Origin: Bacteroidales bacterium
GTDB lineage: Bacteria > Bacteroidota > Bacteroidia > Bacteroidales > SZUA-534
Reading direction: 5' to 3'
Length of the DNA: 64,000 nucleotides
Assembly: GCA_046704385.1 (NCBI GenBank)
Contig: JBJKSB010000021.1
Coordinates: 145,269-209,268 of the forward strand
A model generated the notes under the pieces. The model had not been told where the DNA came from. It saw only the letters and a list, made by a program, of their open reading frames with translations, and did not search any database. Shown here one piece after another: positions 51,128 through 60,267 of the stretch; position 1 is the stretch's first letter; every line of letters begins with the position of its first letter. Position numbers and translations under genes: made by a program.

Positions 51128-53437
51128 CTAAATATTTGCTTGCAATTTTGAATTGCCGTTTAAATTATATTCCTGGTTAAATATTACCAGCGAAACTGGG
51201 GTATCACTGAAGTTTTCAACTTCAACACTGTCTTTTAAAGCCTTAACTTTTATAACGCTTCCGCGAAATCGGATTTTAAATGAGAATCCCTGCCATGCAC
51301 CTGGAACGCGGGGGTTTAAATATACCTTATCGTTTTTAACCCTGAATCCGCCAAAGCCTTGCACAACGGACATCCACGTTCCGGCCATAGAAGTAATATG
51401 AAGTCCTTCGCCAACTTCGTAGTTGTAATCATCTAAATCTAAACGTGATGTGCGCAAATACAAATCGTGAGCTTTATCCATTTTATTAAGTTTGGCGGCT
51501 AAAACTGTATGTACACATGGTGACAGGGAAGATTCGTGAACGGTACGAGCTTCATAAAAATTAAAGTTACGTTCAATGGTATCTTCATCAAAATTGTCTT
51601 CAAACAAATAAATTCCCTGTAAAGTATCAGCCTGTTTAATGAAACATGATCTTAAAATACGGTCCCATGACCATTTTTGGTTTATTGGCCGTTGCGACGG
51701 ATCCAAATCACTGACAAGAATTTGCTCTTTATTCAGGTAATTATCCTGCTGTAGAAAAACGCCAAGCTCTTTATTTTCAGGATAATGCATATTATCTGAA
51801 ATATTTTTCCATTGGTATGCTTCGTCTGATTCATCAAAATTTAATTTTTCAACCAGAGTCTTATATTTTTCGGGAGCATGGGTTTTGACATAATTAATGG
51901 TTTCGCGGGTATAATCCATGCACCAACAGGCAATAGTATTGGTATACCAGTTATTATCCACATTATTTTCGTACTCATTTGGGCCGGTTACTCCTAATAA
52001 AACATATTTATTGTAATTTTTAGAAAAAGTAATTCGCTGGCTCCAGAATCTTGCAATTCCGATTAATAGCTCCAGGCCATAATCTTCAAGGTACTCTTTA
52101 TCGTTTGTATACCGTACATAATTGTAAACTGCAAAGGCAATAGCTCCGTTCCGGTGAATTTCTTCAAATGTAATTTCCCACTCATTATGACACTCCTCGC
52201 CATTCATGGTCACCATTGGGAAAAGAGCTGCTCCATGGTTAAAACCCAGTTTTGCTGCATTTTCGATAGCTTTATTCAGCTGTTTGTAACGGTAAAGTAA
52301 AAGGTTACGGGCTACATGTTTATCGGCTGTGGCCAGATAAAAGGGTAAACAGTAGGCTTCTGTATCCCAATAAGTACTACCTCCATATTTTTCGCCGGTA
52401 AATCCTTTTGGTCCAATATTAAGTCTTTCATCTTCGCCGGTATAGGTCTGATTAAGCTGAAAAATATTAAACCTGATGGCCTGTTGTGCAGCCAAATCTC
52501 CCTCAATAGTAATGTCGCTTTCTTCCCACTTTGCTGCCCAGGCTTGTTTTTGCTCTTTCAGCATAGTATCGTAATGCTTCTTCAGGGCTTTGTCGAGTTC
52601 TTTTTTGGCAACATTTTCAAGTTTATTAATAGGATGATTAAACGAAGATATATTTGTAGCAAACTTATAAATTACCAGTTCATCACCTTGTTTTACGTCT
52701 ATCTCCACACTACTTTCGGCGTATTTGTCACTGAAAGAGGCTACGGGACTTAATTCAAGTTTTGTTCCGTTTTGCCATATTTCATAGCGCATTGCCGTAG
52801 TAACTACAAAACCTGTTTTTTTTGTTTTTGCAGTAACAATGGCTTCGTTTCCTGAAGCTGATTGTGAAATGCCTATCCAGAATTTTTCATCATAGTTTGA
52901 ATCCTCATTCTCAACATCGGCATCCAGATATGGTGTTATATTAATAATTCCATCAAAATCAATAGCCTTAACAGCATATTTAATGGCTCCCAAATCATCG
53001 TCAACAATACTTAAAAATCGCTGGGCATTAACTTCCACTGCACAGTGATTTTTCAAATTTGCCACGAAGGAACGCGATAAAGTACCTTCGCGCATATTAA
53101 GTACACGCCTGAAATCATTAACTTTTACCTGGTTTAAGTCAAGTATTTCTTTATTGATTTTGATATTTATTCCTATCCAATTAGTAGCGTTCAGTACTTT
53201 TGCGAAATATTCGGGATAGCCGTTTTTCCACCAGCCAACCTTGGTTTTATCAGGATAATAAACACCTGCAATATAACTTCCCTGAAGAGATTTACCGGTG
53301 TATTTTTCTTCAAAATTGGCCCGTTGGCCCATTCTTCCGTTCCCTATGCTAAAAATACTCTCTGAAGAGGGGACATTTTCACGAAGAAATCCCTCCTCGA
53401 TAATATTCCATTCATCAAGTTTTAAGTATTTATTCAT
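51128..53437 (-). CDS. GH65 glycoside hydrolase, maltose (or related alpha-glucoside) phosphorylase
   Basis: 769 aa with typical GH65 N-terminal, (alpha/alpha)6 catalytic (..GPKGFTGEKYGG..YWDTE.., ..VTGPNEYENNVDNN.YTN) and C-terminal domains. Adjacent to pgmB. Confidence 0.92.
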   Translation of the reverse strand: MNKYLKLDEWNIIEEGFLRENVPSSESIFSIGNGRMGQRANFEEKYTGKSLQGSYIAGVYYPDKTKVGWWKNGYPEYFAKVLNATNWIGINIKINKEILDLNQVKVNDFRRVLNMREGTLSRSFVANLKNHCAVEVNAQRFLSIVDDDLGAIKYAVKAIDFDGIINITPYLDADVENEDSNYDEKFWIGISQSASGNEAIVTAKTKKTGFVVTTAMRYEIWQNGTKLELSPVASFSDKYAESSVEIDVKQGDELVIYKFATNISSFNHPINKLENVAKKELDKALKKHYDTMLKEQKQAWAAKWEESDITIEGDLAAQQAIRFNIFQLNQTYTGEDERLNIGPKGFTGEKYGGSTYWDTEAYCLPFYLATADKHVARNLLLYRYKQLNKAIENAAKLGFNHGAALFPMVTMNGEECHNEWEITFEEIHRNGAIAFAVYNYVRYTNDKEYLEDYGLELLIGIARFWSQRITFSKNYNKYVLLGVTGPNEYENNVDNNWYTNTIACWCMDYTRETINYVKTHAPEKYKTLVEKLNFDESDEAYQWKNISDNMHYPENKELGVFLQQDNYLNKEQILVSDLDPSQRPINQKWSWDRILRSCFIKQADTLQGIYLFEDNFDEDTIERNFNFYEARTVHESSLSPCVHTVLAAKLNKMDKAHDLYLRTSRLDLDDYNYEVGEGLHITSMAGTWMSVVQGFGGFRVKNDKVYLNPRVPGAWQGFSFKIRFRGSVIKVKALKDSVEVENFSDTPVSLVIFNQEYNLNGNSKLQANI

Positions 53438-53545
53438 CTTATTATTGTTTTTCGGAATTTGCTAATCATTTTCTGCATCTTTTTGTAACGGTATTTTGCG
53501 ATATAACCCAAATCAGATCAAAATTTGACAGCAAATCGATTTAAA

Positions 53546-53612
53546 AGGAGAAGCAACACAATTCCCCCAAATATTCCCATGAAATTAAATTTCGTGAGCC
53601 GTTGCTTCTCCT
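53546..53612 (-). promoter_or_regulatory. 12-bp perfect-stem hairpin with a 43-nt loop between pgmB and the GH65 gene (candidate attenuator or RNA processing site)
   Basis: AGGAGAAGCAAC (53546-57) pairs with GTTGCTTCTCCT (53601-12). On the minus strand the hairpin is followed by TTTTAAATCG. Confidence 0.45.
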
Positions 53613-53618
53613 AATTTT

Positions 53619-54266
53619 TTAAAATTTCAGTTTATCAACACTCATTCCTATTAAATTGGGCATCACTTTATGAGCTTTTCCCAAATTTACAGGCGAGCCT
53701 ATTCCAACACAATACATACCGGCATTAAGGGCAGCTTTAACTCCCGCTTCTGCATCTTCAAATACCACACACTCTGCCGGATCAATGTCCAAACCTTGCG
53801 CCCCGAGTAAAAAAACTTCAGGATCAGGTTTGGCCTTTGATGTTTTAGTTCCGTCAATTACCAGATCGAACCAGTTCAGAATATTGATTTTTTCGAGAAT
53901 GGTTACCGCATTTTTGCTTGCCGAACCCAGCGAAATTTTAATACCGGCTGATTTCAAATCTTTAAAAAAGTCAATTACTCCCGGAAGAATTTCATCCGGT
54001 GTCATTTTCATAATGTATTCTTTATACCATGTATTTTTCTGGTCGGCATAATGCAACTTTTTTTCTTCACTTAGCTTGATGTTTCCAATTTCGAGTAAAA
54101 TATTGAGTGAATCCATCCGGCTAACTCCTTTTAGTCTCTCGTTGTCTTCTTCGGTAAAGTTAAAACCTAACTCTCCGGCCATTTGTTTCCATGCTTTATA
54201 GTGATATTTTGCGGTATCAACTACAACGCCGTCCAGATCAAATATACATGCCCTTATTTTTCCCAT
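53619..54266 (-). CDS. pgmB: Beta-phosphoglucomutase
   Basis: HAD motif I CIFDLDGVVVDT, then LKGVSR and FEDAEAGV.AA. Start moved to MGKIRA at 54266, which leaves 16 nt after the MFS gene stop. Confidence 0.92.
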   Translation of the reverse strand: MGKIRACIFDLDGVVVDTAKYHYKAWKQMAGELGFNFTEEDNERLKGVSRMDSLNILLEIGNIKLSEEKKLHYADQKNTWYKEYIMKMTPDEILPGVIDFFKDLKSAGIKISLGSASKNAVTILEKINILNWFDLVIDGTKTSKAKPDPEVFLLGAQGLDIDPAECVVFEDAEAGVKAALNAGMYCVGIGSPVNLGKAHKVMPNLIGMSVDKLKF

Positions 54267-54282
54267 TCTATATAATAAATTT

Positions 54283-55683
54283 TTATTTTTCAGTTTTAAT
54301 CGATGGTTTAACAAAAGTTACAGCCAGTGCTCCCAATAACATGCTTACGCCTGCAATAACTAACATATAAATAGCTTTACCATCGAAGAAGTATTTAAGC
54401 ATTGAACCTGCTAAAAGCCCACTTACAATTTGGGGACCTGCAATGGTAAAATTGAAGATGCCCATAAATACTCCCATTTTATCGGCCGGGAGTGATTCAG
54501 ATAATATGGCATATGGCATAGCCAGAATTCCGGCCCAGGCTATACCGACACCAACCATGGGAATCATCCAGAGTGCTGCACTCGAGGGTATATTTACCTG
54601 TGTAACCAATAAATTCAAATGGATCATTTCCCCTCCTGAGAAAAACAGGGTGGAAATGTAACCTAAACCTCCCAGAATCAGCGCTCCGGCATAAACTGTT
54701 TTGCGTCCGATTTTAGCGGCTAGTTTTGACATAAAAACGGAGAAAATTGCTGCAAAAAGGCTGTAGCCGGCAAATAATATTCCAACCCAATCACCTGCAT
54801 CCTGCGATGCTTTTGAAACACTGTCGCCAATGGCACAGCCCCAAATGTGCTGCGACACGGCAGGAGTAGTGTAAACCCACATAATGTACAGTGCAAACCA
54901 TGAAAAAAACTGAACAACAGCCAGTTGCAACATGGTTTTTGGAGTAATTTTTAATAATCTGAAGAATCCGACAACCCCCATATAGGTTTTATCACTGTTT
55001 GATGTTTTTTCAAGACCTTTATATTCAGCGTATTCTTCAGGTGGATACTCTTTTGTCCTGAAAACGGTCCAAATAACTGACATGAGTAACATGGTACCCC
55101 CAATATAAAATGACCAGATAACCGATGGAGGCACCTGACCTTCAGCTGCAGTATTCTGTATATGCAAACTATTAGTTAAAATAAACGGTAAAATTGAACC
55201 TAATACAGCTCCCGTATTTATTAAAAAACTTTGGGTTGAGTATCCGAGGTTTCTCTGGCTTTCAGGAACCATGTCGGCTACTAATGCCCGGAACGGTTGC
55301 ATTGTTATATTGAACGATCCGTCCATAAGAGCAAACATTATTAATCCAAAGGCTAAAACCGGCATTATTTTTACTACTACCGAGGCATTTGGCATTAAAA
55401 ACATGGCCAAAGCGGCCACAATGGCTCCTCCTAAAATGTAGGGACCCCTTCGGCCAAACCGATTCCAGGTGCGATCACTTGCTGATCCCACAATGGGCTG
55501 AACAATTAATCCCATCATGGGTGCTGCTATCCAAAATAAGGGTAATGAATCAAGATTAGCCCCCAGATTTGACAGGATGCGGCTGACATTTGCACTTTGT
55601 AAAGCAAATCCCATTTGGATTCCCAGAAATCCGAAACTCACATTCCAAATTTGCCAAAATGATAATTTTGGTTGTTTCTTCAT
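54283..55683 (-). CDS. MFS sugar transporter (GPH/SLC45-like; likely maltose/maltodextrin importer)
   Basis: 12-TM profile. The DR...RFGRRGPYIL loop is typical of the family. Sits in the maltose phosphorylase operon. Confidence 0.85.
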   Translation of the reverse strand: MKKQPKLSFWQIWNVSFGFLGIQMGFALQSANVSRILSNLGANLDSLPLFWIAAPMMGLIVQPIVGSASDRTWNRFGRRGPYILGGAIVAALAMFLMPNASVVVKIMPVLAFGLIMFALMDGSFNITMQPFRALVADMVPESQRNLGYSTQSFLINTGAVLGSILPFILTNSLHIQNTAAEGQVPPSVIWSFYIGGTMLLMSVIWTVFRTKEYPPEEYAEYKGLEKTSNSDKTYMGVVGFFRLLKITPKTMLQLAVVQFFSWFALYIMWVYTTPAVSQHIWGCAIGDSVSKASQDAGDWVGILFAGYSLFAAIFSVFMSKLAAKIGRKTVYAGALILGGLGYISTLFFSGGEMIHLNLLVTQVNIPSSAALWMIPMVGVGIAWAGILAMPYAILSESLPADKMGVFMGIFNFTIAGPQIVSGLLAGSMLKYFFDGKAIYMLVIAGVSMLLGALAVTFVKPSIKTEK

Positions 55684-55839
55684 TTTAATAATTATAAAAT
55701 CAATACTGATGAATTACATGATTCTCGTTACGTTAAATCAATCATGCTTAGGTAGGTTGGACAAATTTAATTTAAAATATAGTTTTTGAACAAGTAAATG
55801 ATAGTTAAAATACTGAAAAAAGCTTCCAGCTTGTATTTA

Positions 55840-55850
55840 AAACGTTTGCG
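55840..55850. promoter_or_regulatory. Single copy AAACGTTTGCG of the locus-specific 11-bp motif, upstream of the MFS-pgmB-GH65-GH13 operon
   Basis: Related to the tandem AAACGGTTGCG repeats at 57133 and 63659. Contains the AAACGTTT palindromic core. Confidence 0.35.
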
Positions 55851-56007
55851 AAAATTTAAGATTATTCTTCATTTGAAGCTATCAGAAATGAATTTATAAT
55901 ATTCCCTATATAATTATATATGAAATTTTGGTTTATGAAGGAGACTCAAAAATTTGAGTTGCTTATAAGAAAATAAGCTAAAGCTGTGTAGCTATTTTGA
56001 ATTCAGA

Positions 56008-57030
56008 TTAATAATATCCGGTCGATTCTCTTTTAATAAGATTAGTGGTTATTACTTTGGTAACAGGAGAATAGTTGTCTATAGATTCTGTTATTCTATC
56101 AAGTAACAATTGGGCAGCCTGCTTACCCATTTCAAAACCATGCTGATCGATGGTGGTTAGTGTCGGGTCGGTCACATTTGCCACAAATCCATCACTAAAT
56201 CCAACAATCTTAATGTCTTCCGGAATACGATAGCCGTACTTCTTAATCACTTTTAAAGCACCGCTGGCAGTGAGGTCGTTTACAGCAAAAATACCATCAG
56301 GAACAACTCCTGAATCGAGAATTTTAGGCATAATTTCTAAGGCTTCTTCCTGACTGTCACATTTTACAATGAGTTTTTCATCAACCGGCAGACCATGTTG
56401 GTGTAAGGCTTTAACATACCCTTCTTTCCGTCGTTGCCCGATAAGTAAATTTTGTGGGGCTGATAAATGAAGTATTTTGCGGCACCCCTCCTGAATTAGG
56501 TGTTCAGTGGCAATAAAAGCTCCTTTTATATCATCAATAATTACTTTGTCGGTATTTAAATCTTTGATTGCCCGATCGAAAAAAACCAATGGAATATTAT
56601 TGTCCATCAAGTCTTTAAAATGAGCAAAATCCATGGTGTCTTTTGAAACGGAGGCCAGTAAACCATCCACACGGCTCGATGTAAGCGTTTGAACACTGGT
56701 AATTTCACGATCTTCGTTTTCATCGCTCTGGCAAATCATAACATTGTATCCTGCATCATTGCAAACATGCTCAATACCACTAATTACCGACGAAAAAAAG
56801 TAATGCACAATATTTGGTATAATAACACCAATCATATGGGTCTTACTGCTACGCAACGATAATGCAACAGCATTTGGTTTATAATGATATTTTTTTGCCA
56901 GTTCGTGAACGGCCTCTTTAGTCTTCAGACTGATATCAGGATGATTCTTCAGTGCCCTGGAAACAGTTGAAGTAGAAATTCGTAACTCACGCGCAATATC
57001 TTTAATCGTAATCTGGCCTCTTTTTTCCAT
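56008..57030 (-). CDS. LacI-family transcriptional regulator
   Basis: N-terminal HTH ITIKDIARELRISTSTVSRALKNHPDISLKTKE plus a periplasmic-binding-protein-like sugar-binding core. Confidence 0.95.
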   Translation of the reverse strand: MEKRGQITIKDIARELRISTSTVSRALKNHPDISLKTKEAVHELAKKYHYKPNAVALSLRSSKTHMIGVIIPNIVHYFFSSVISGIEHVCNDAGYNVMICQSDENEDREITSVQTLTSSRVDGLLASVSKDTMDFAHFKDLMDNNIPLVFFDRAIKDLNTDKVIIDDIKGAFIATEHLIQEGCRKILHLSAPQNLLIGQRRKEGYVKALHQHGLPVDEKLIVKCDSQEEALEIMPKILDSGVVPDGIFAVNDLTASGALKVIKKYGYRIPEDIKIVGFSDGFVANVTDPTLTTIDQHGFEMGKQAAQLLLDRITESIDNYSPVTKVITTNLIKRESTGYY

Positions 57031-57049
57031 CTATAATGTGTTATATGGG

Positions 57050-57057
57050 CAAATTTA
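57050..57057 (-). promoter_or_regulatory. Candidate -7 promoter box (TAAATTTG) for the LacI-family gene
   Basis: TAnnTTTG match on the minus strand, 20 nt upstream of the ATG. Confidence 0.4.
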
Positions 57058-57132
57058 ACACTTTACAACTAACAATCCAGTAGTATTCGAATTTTGTTGT
57101 ATAAAATAAAAAACATGTTATGCAGCATAAAC

Positions 57133-57154
57133 AAACGGTTGCGGAAACGGTTGC
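57133..57154 (+). promoter_or_regulatory. Tandem 11-bp direct repeat AAACGGTTGCG-GAAACGGTTGC; candidate operator upstream of susC-like
   Basis: Two adjacent copies with one helical turn of periodicity, ~130 nt upstream of the SusC-like ATG. A nearly identical site is at 63659. Confidence 0.5.
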
Positions 57155-57201
57155 TGTAATTGAACATATTTTAGCCTATTTCTTATGAAAATACTTAGGA
57201 T

Positions 57202-57209
57202 TAAATTTG
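57202..57209 (+). promoter_or_regulatory. Candidate -7 promoter box (TAAATTTG) for the susCDE-like operon
   Basis: TAnnTTTG match 74 nt upstream of the ATG at 57283. Confidence 0.45.
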
Positions 57210-57282
57210 CATTACGTTAAATCAATTATAATTAAAAGGCTAGGTAACATTTGTTAAATTATTTATCTAAATCAAAAAAACT

Positions 57283-60246
57283 ATGGTAAGAAAAATTCTA
57301 CTGGGTTTTTCGGTTGTATTGTTGAGTTTCTCATATATGTTTGCTCAAACTGGAGGAATTAAGGGTACGATTGTAGACTCGAATGGTGAACCGTTGATAG
57401 GCGCAAACGTTTTCATTAAAGGTACCACAACCGGTACTATTACTGATGTTAGCGGTAATTTTAATATACAGAATGCTCCTACGGGTAGTATTGTTGTGGT
57501 GGCCTCATTTATTGGATATGCAAACGTTGAAAATCCTGTTGAGGTTAAAGCAGGACAGGTAGCAACGATAAATTTCACTATGAAAGAAGATATTACTTCA
57601 CTCGATGAACTGGTAGTTATTGGTTATGGTACGGTTAAAAAAACTGATGCCACCGGTTCGGTTTCGACTGTGAGTTCTAAAGATTTCAATAAAGGTAACG
57701 TAACATCGCCACAGGATCTTATAGTGGGTAAAACTGCAGGGGTGGTAATAACAACTAATGGCGGTGCTCCTGGAAGTGGTGCTACCATCAGGATTCGTGG
57801 AGGGTCATCATTAACAGCATCAAACGACCCGCTGGTTATCGTGGATGGTGTGCCTTTATCGAATGACAAAGTAGGTGGAAGTTCAAATGTGCTTTCATTT
57901 ATTAATCCAAACGATATTGAGACTTTTACAGTGTTGAAAGATGCTTCGGCTACTGCAATTTACGGATCGCGTGCCTCAAATGGTGTAATTTTAATTACTA
58001 CTAAAAAAGGTAAGGCAGGTAAACCCATGTCCGTTTCGTATAATGGTAGTGTATCGATAGCTAACCCTGTTGATTTTGTAAATGTTTATGATTCAACAAA
58101 ATTTAAGCAGCTGGCTTACGAAAAATTCCCGTTGGGAAATCATAGTTTACTGGGTAATTCAAATACGGATTGGCAAAGTGAAATTTTCAGAACAGCTGTT
58201 TCGCACGATCATAACATTAGTGTATCCGGAGCTACTAAACTTACTGATTTAACACTACCCTATCGTTTTTCAGTAGGTTATACAGATCAAACCGGTATCT
58301 TAAAAAATACTGATATGCAGCGTATGACGGGTTCTGTAAATTTAAATCCATCTTTGTTGAATGATGATTTGAAAGTTGACATTAATGCCAAAGTATCATC
58401 CAGTAAACATAACTTTGGTGATGATGGGGCTATAGGTTCAGCTATTTCAATGGACCCTTCGCAGTCAGTTCATGACACTTCATCAGCCGACGGATATTTC
58501 CAGTGGCAAAATTTAGGCCTTGATTTAGGTACTCCTAACCCTGTTGAGCAGGCTATGGCAGTGGATAACCGATCAAATGTATTACGGTTTGTTGGGAATG
58601 TAAAACTGGAATATAAATTGCCATTCCTTCCTGATTTAGCTGCAAATCTTAATCTGGCCACTGATTATTCTCATAGTGCCGGGCACAATAATCGTCCGGT
58701 AACTTCACCTACCAGTATTACAGGGGGGTATTACGGAAAGTTTAATGAATATGAAAATACCAACAGGAACCATTTGCTTGATTTTTATTTGAGCTATAAC
58801 AAAACCATTGCCGATGATAATAAAATCAATGCTACTGCCGGTTATTCATGGCAACATTTTCAAAGAGAGAGTGCCGATTCAACTTTAAATATGATTACTG
58901 ACGACGCGCATCCTTATCGTTCGGCAAGCAGTGCATTTATAACCGAGAATTACCTGGTTTCATTCTTCGGAAGAGCCAATTATTCTTATAAGGATAAATA
59001 TTTATTGACTGGTACTGTAAGATACGATGGTTCATCGCGTTTTGCTAAAGATAATCGTTGGGGTTTATTCCCGTCAGCAGCATTTGCATGGAAGATTAAC
59101 AAGGAAGCATTTTTGGCTGATGTAAGTGCCATTTCTAATTTAAAATTAAGATTAGGCTGGGGAGTAACCGGACAGCAAAATATCATAAATAATAATGATT
59201 ACCCATCGCAAACACTTTATATTATTTCGCGTATGGGTTCATATTATCCTATAAACGGCCAGTTTATGCCAACCTTACGACCAAATTCATACGATCCTAA
59301 TATTAAATGGGAGGAAACTACCACACAGAATGCGGCTATCGATTTTGGATTAATGGATGACAGGTTTACCGGTACTTTTGATGTTTATGACCGGGTAACC
59401 AAGGATATGCTTAACAGCGTAACTGTTCCAAGTGGAAGCAATTTCTCAAACAGACTGCTAACCAACGTGGGAAGCCTTGAGAATAAAGGTTTTGAAGTTA
59501 CTTTGAATGCAGTGGCTATATCAACTTCAGATATGTCCTTAAATATTGGTGCAAATTTAACTTACAATAAGAGCAAGATCACCAAGCTTTTATTTACGGA
59601 AGATCCTAATTTTATTGGAATATTATATGGTGATGCTTTTACTGGTTATAATCAGGTGACACGTGTAGGATATCCGGCATATTCATTCTTTGTAAATCGC
59701 CAGATTTATGATACCAATGGTAAACCGATTGAAGGATTATATGAAGATATTTCAGGAAAAGGTGGTGCTGTATCTGGTAATGCTGCCGATAAATATATTT
59801 ACCATAATCCGGCTCCTGATTATGTTGTTGGATTAAGTCTGCGTTTCAACTATAAGCAGTTTGACCTGGCTGCGTCAACAAGAGCTAATATTGGAAACTA
59901 TGTACAAAACAAGGTTGCAGTAGGATCATCATACGACCAGATGAATGCCAATGGTTACTGGAAAAATATGCCAGCCTATCTGGATCAAACCCAATTTACC
60001 AGCAGGCAGTTTACCAGCGATTATTTTATAGAAAATGCTTCATTCTTTAAGGTTGATAATATTTCAGCCGGTTATAATTTTGAAAACATTGTTGACAAAA
60101 TGAATCTAAGGGTGAGCCTGACTATTCAAAATGTACTTACTATAACCAAATACGATGGTTTGGATCCTGAAGTTGATGGTGGAATTGATAATAACTTTTA
60201 TCCACGACCACGCACATATACACTGGGTTTAAGTTTGAATTTTTAA
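57283..60246 (+). CDS. SusC/RagA-family TonB-linked outer membrane protein
   Basis: CarboxypepD_reg domain (IKGTIVDSNGEPLIGANVFIKGT), TonB box/plug (ELVVIGYGTVKK.D.TGS...IRIRGGSS...PL.VVDGVP) and a SusC-type barrel ending ...YTLGLSLNF. Confidence 0.95.
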   Translation: MVRKILLGFSVVLLSFSYMFAQTGGIKGTIVDSNGEPLIGANVFIKGTTTGTITDVSGNFNIQNAPTGSIVVVASFIGYANVENPVEVKAGQVATINFTMKEDITSLDELVVIGYGTVKKTDATGSVSTVSSKDFNKGNVTSPQDLIVGKTAGVVITTNGGAPGSGATIRIRGGSSLTASNDPLVIVDGVPLSNDKVGGSSNVLSFINPNDIETFTVLKDASATAIYGSRASNGVILITTKKGKAGKPMSVSYNGSVSIANPVDFVNVYDSTKFKQLAYEKFPLGNHSLLGNSNTDWQSEIFRTAVSHDHNISVSGATKLTDLTLPYRFSVGYTDQTGILKNTDMQRMTGSVNLNPSLLNDDLKVDINAKVSSSKHNFGDDGAIGSAISMDPSQSVHDTSSADGYFQWQNLGLDLGTPNPVEQAMAVDNRSNVLRFVGNVKLEYKLPFLPDLAANLNLATDYSHSAGHNNRPVTSPTSITGGYYGKFNEYENTNRNHLLDFYLSYNKTIADDNKINATAGYSWQHFQRESADSTLNMITDDAHPYRSASSAFITENYLVSFFGRANYSYKDKYLLTGTVRYDGSSRFAKDNRWGLFPSAAFAWKINKEAFLADVSAISNLKLRLGWGVTGQQNIINNNDYPSQTLYIISRMGSYYPINGQFMPTLRPNSYDPNIKWEETTTQNAAIDFGLMDDRFTGTFDVYDRVTKDMLNSVTVPSGSNFSNRLLTNVGSLENKGFEVTLNAVAISTSDMSLNIGANLTYNKSKITKLLFTEDPNFIGILYGDAFTGYNQVTRVGYPAYSFFVNRQIYDTNGKPIEGLYEDISGKGGAVSGNAADKYIYHNPAPDYVVGLSLRFNYKQFDLAASTRANIGNYVQNKVAVGSSYDQMNANGYWKNMPAYLDQTQFTSRQFTSDYFIENASFFKVDNISAGYNFENIVDKMNLRVSLTIQNVLTITKYDGLDPEVDGGIDNNFYPRPRTYTLGLSLNF

Positions 60247-60267
60247 AATCGGATTAAAGAAAAAGAT

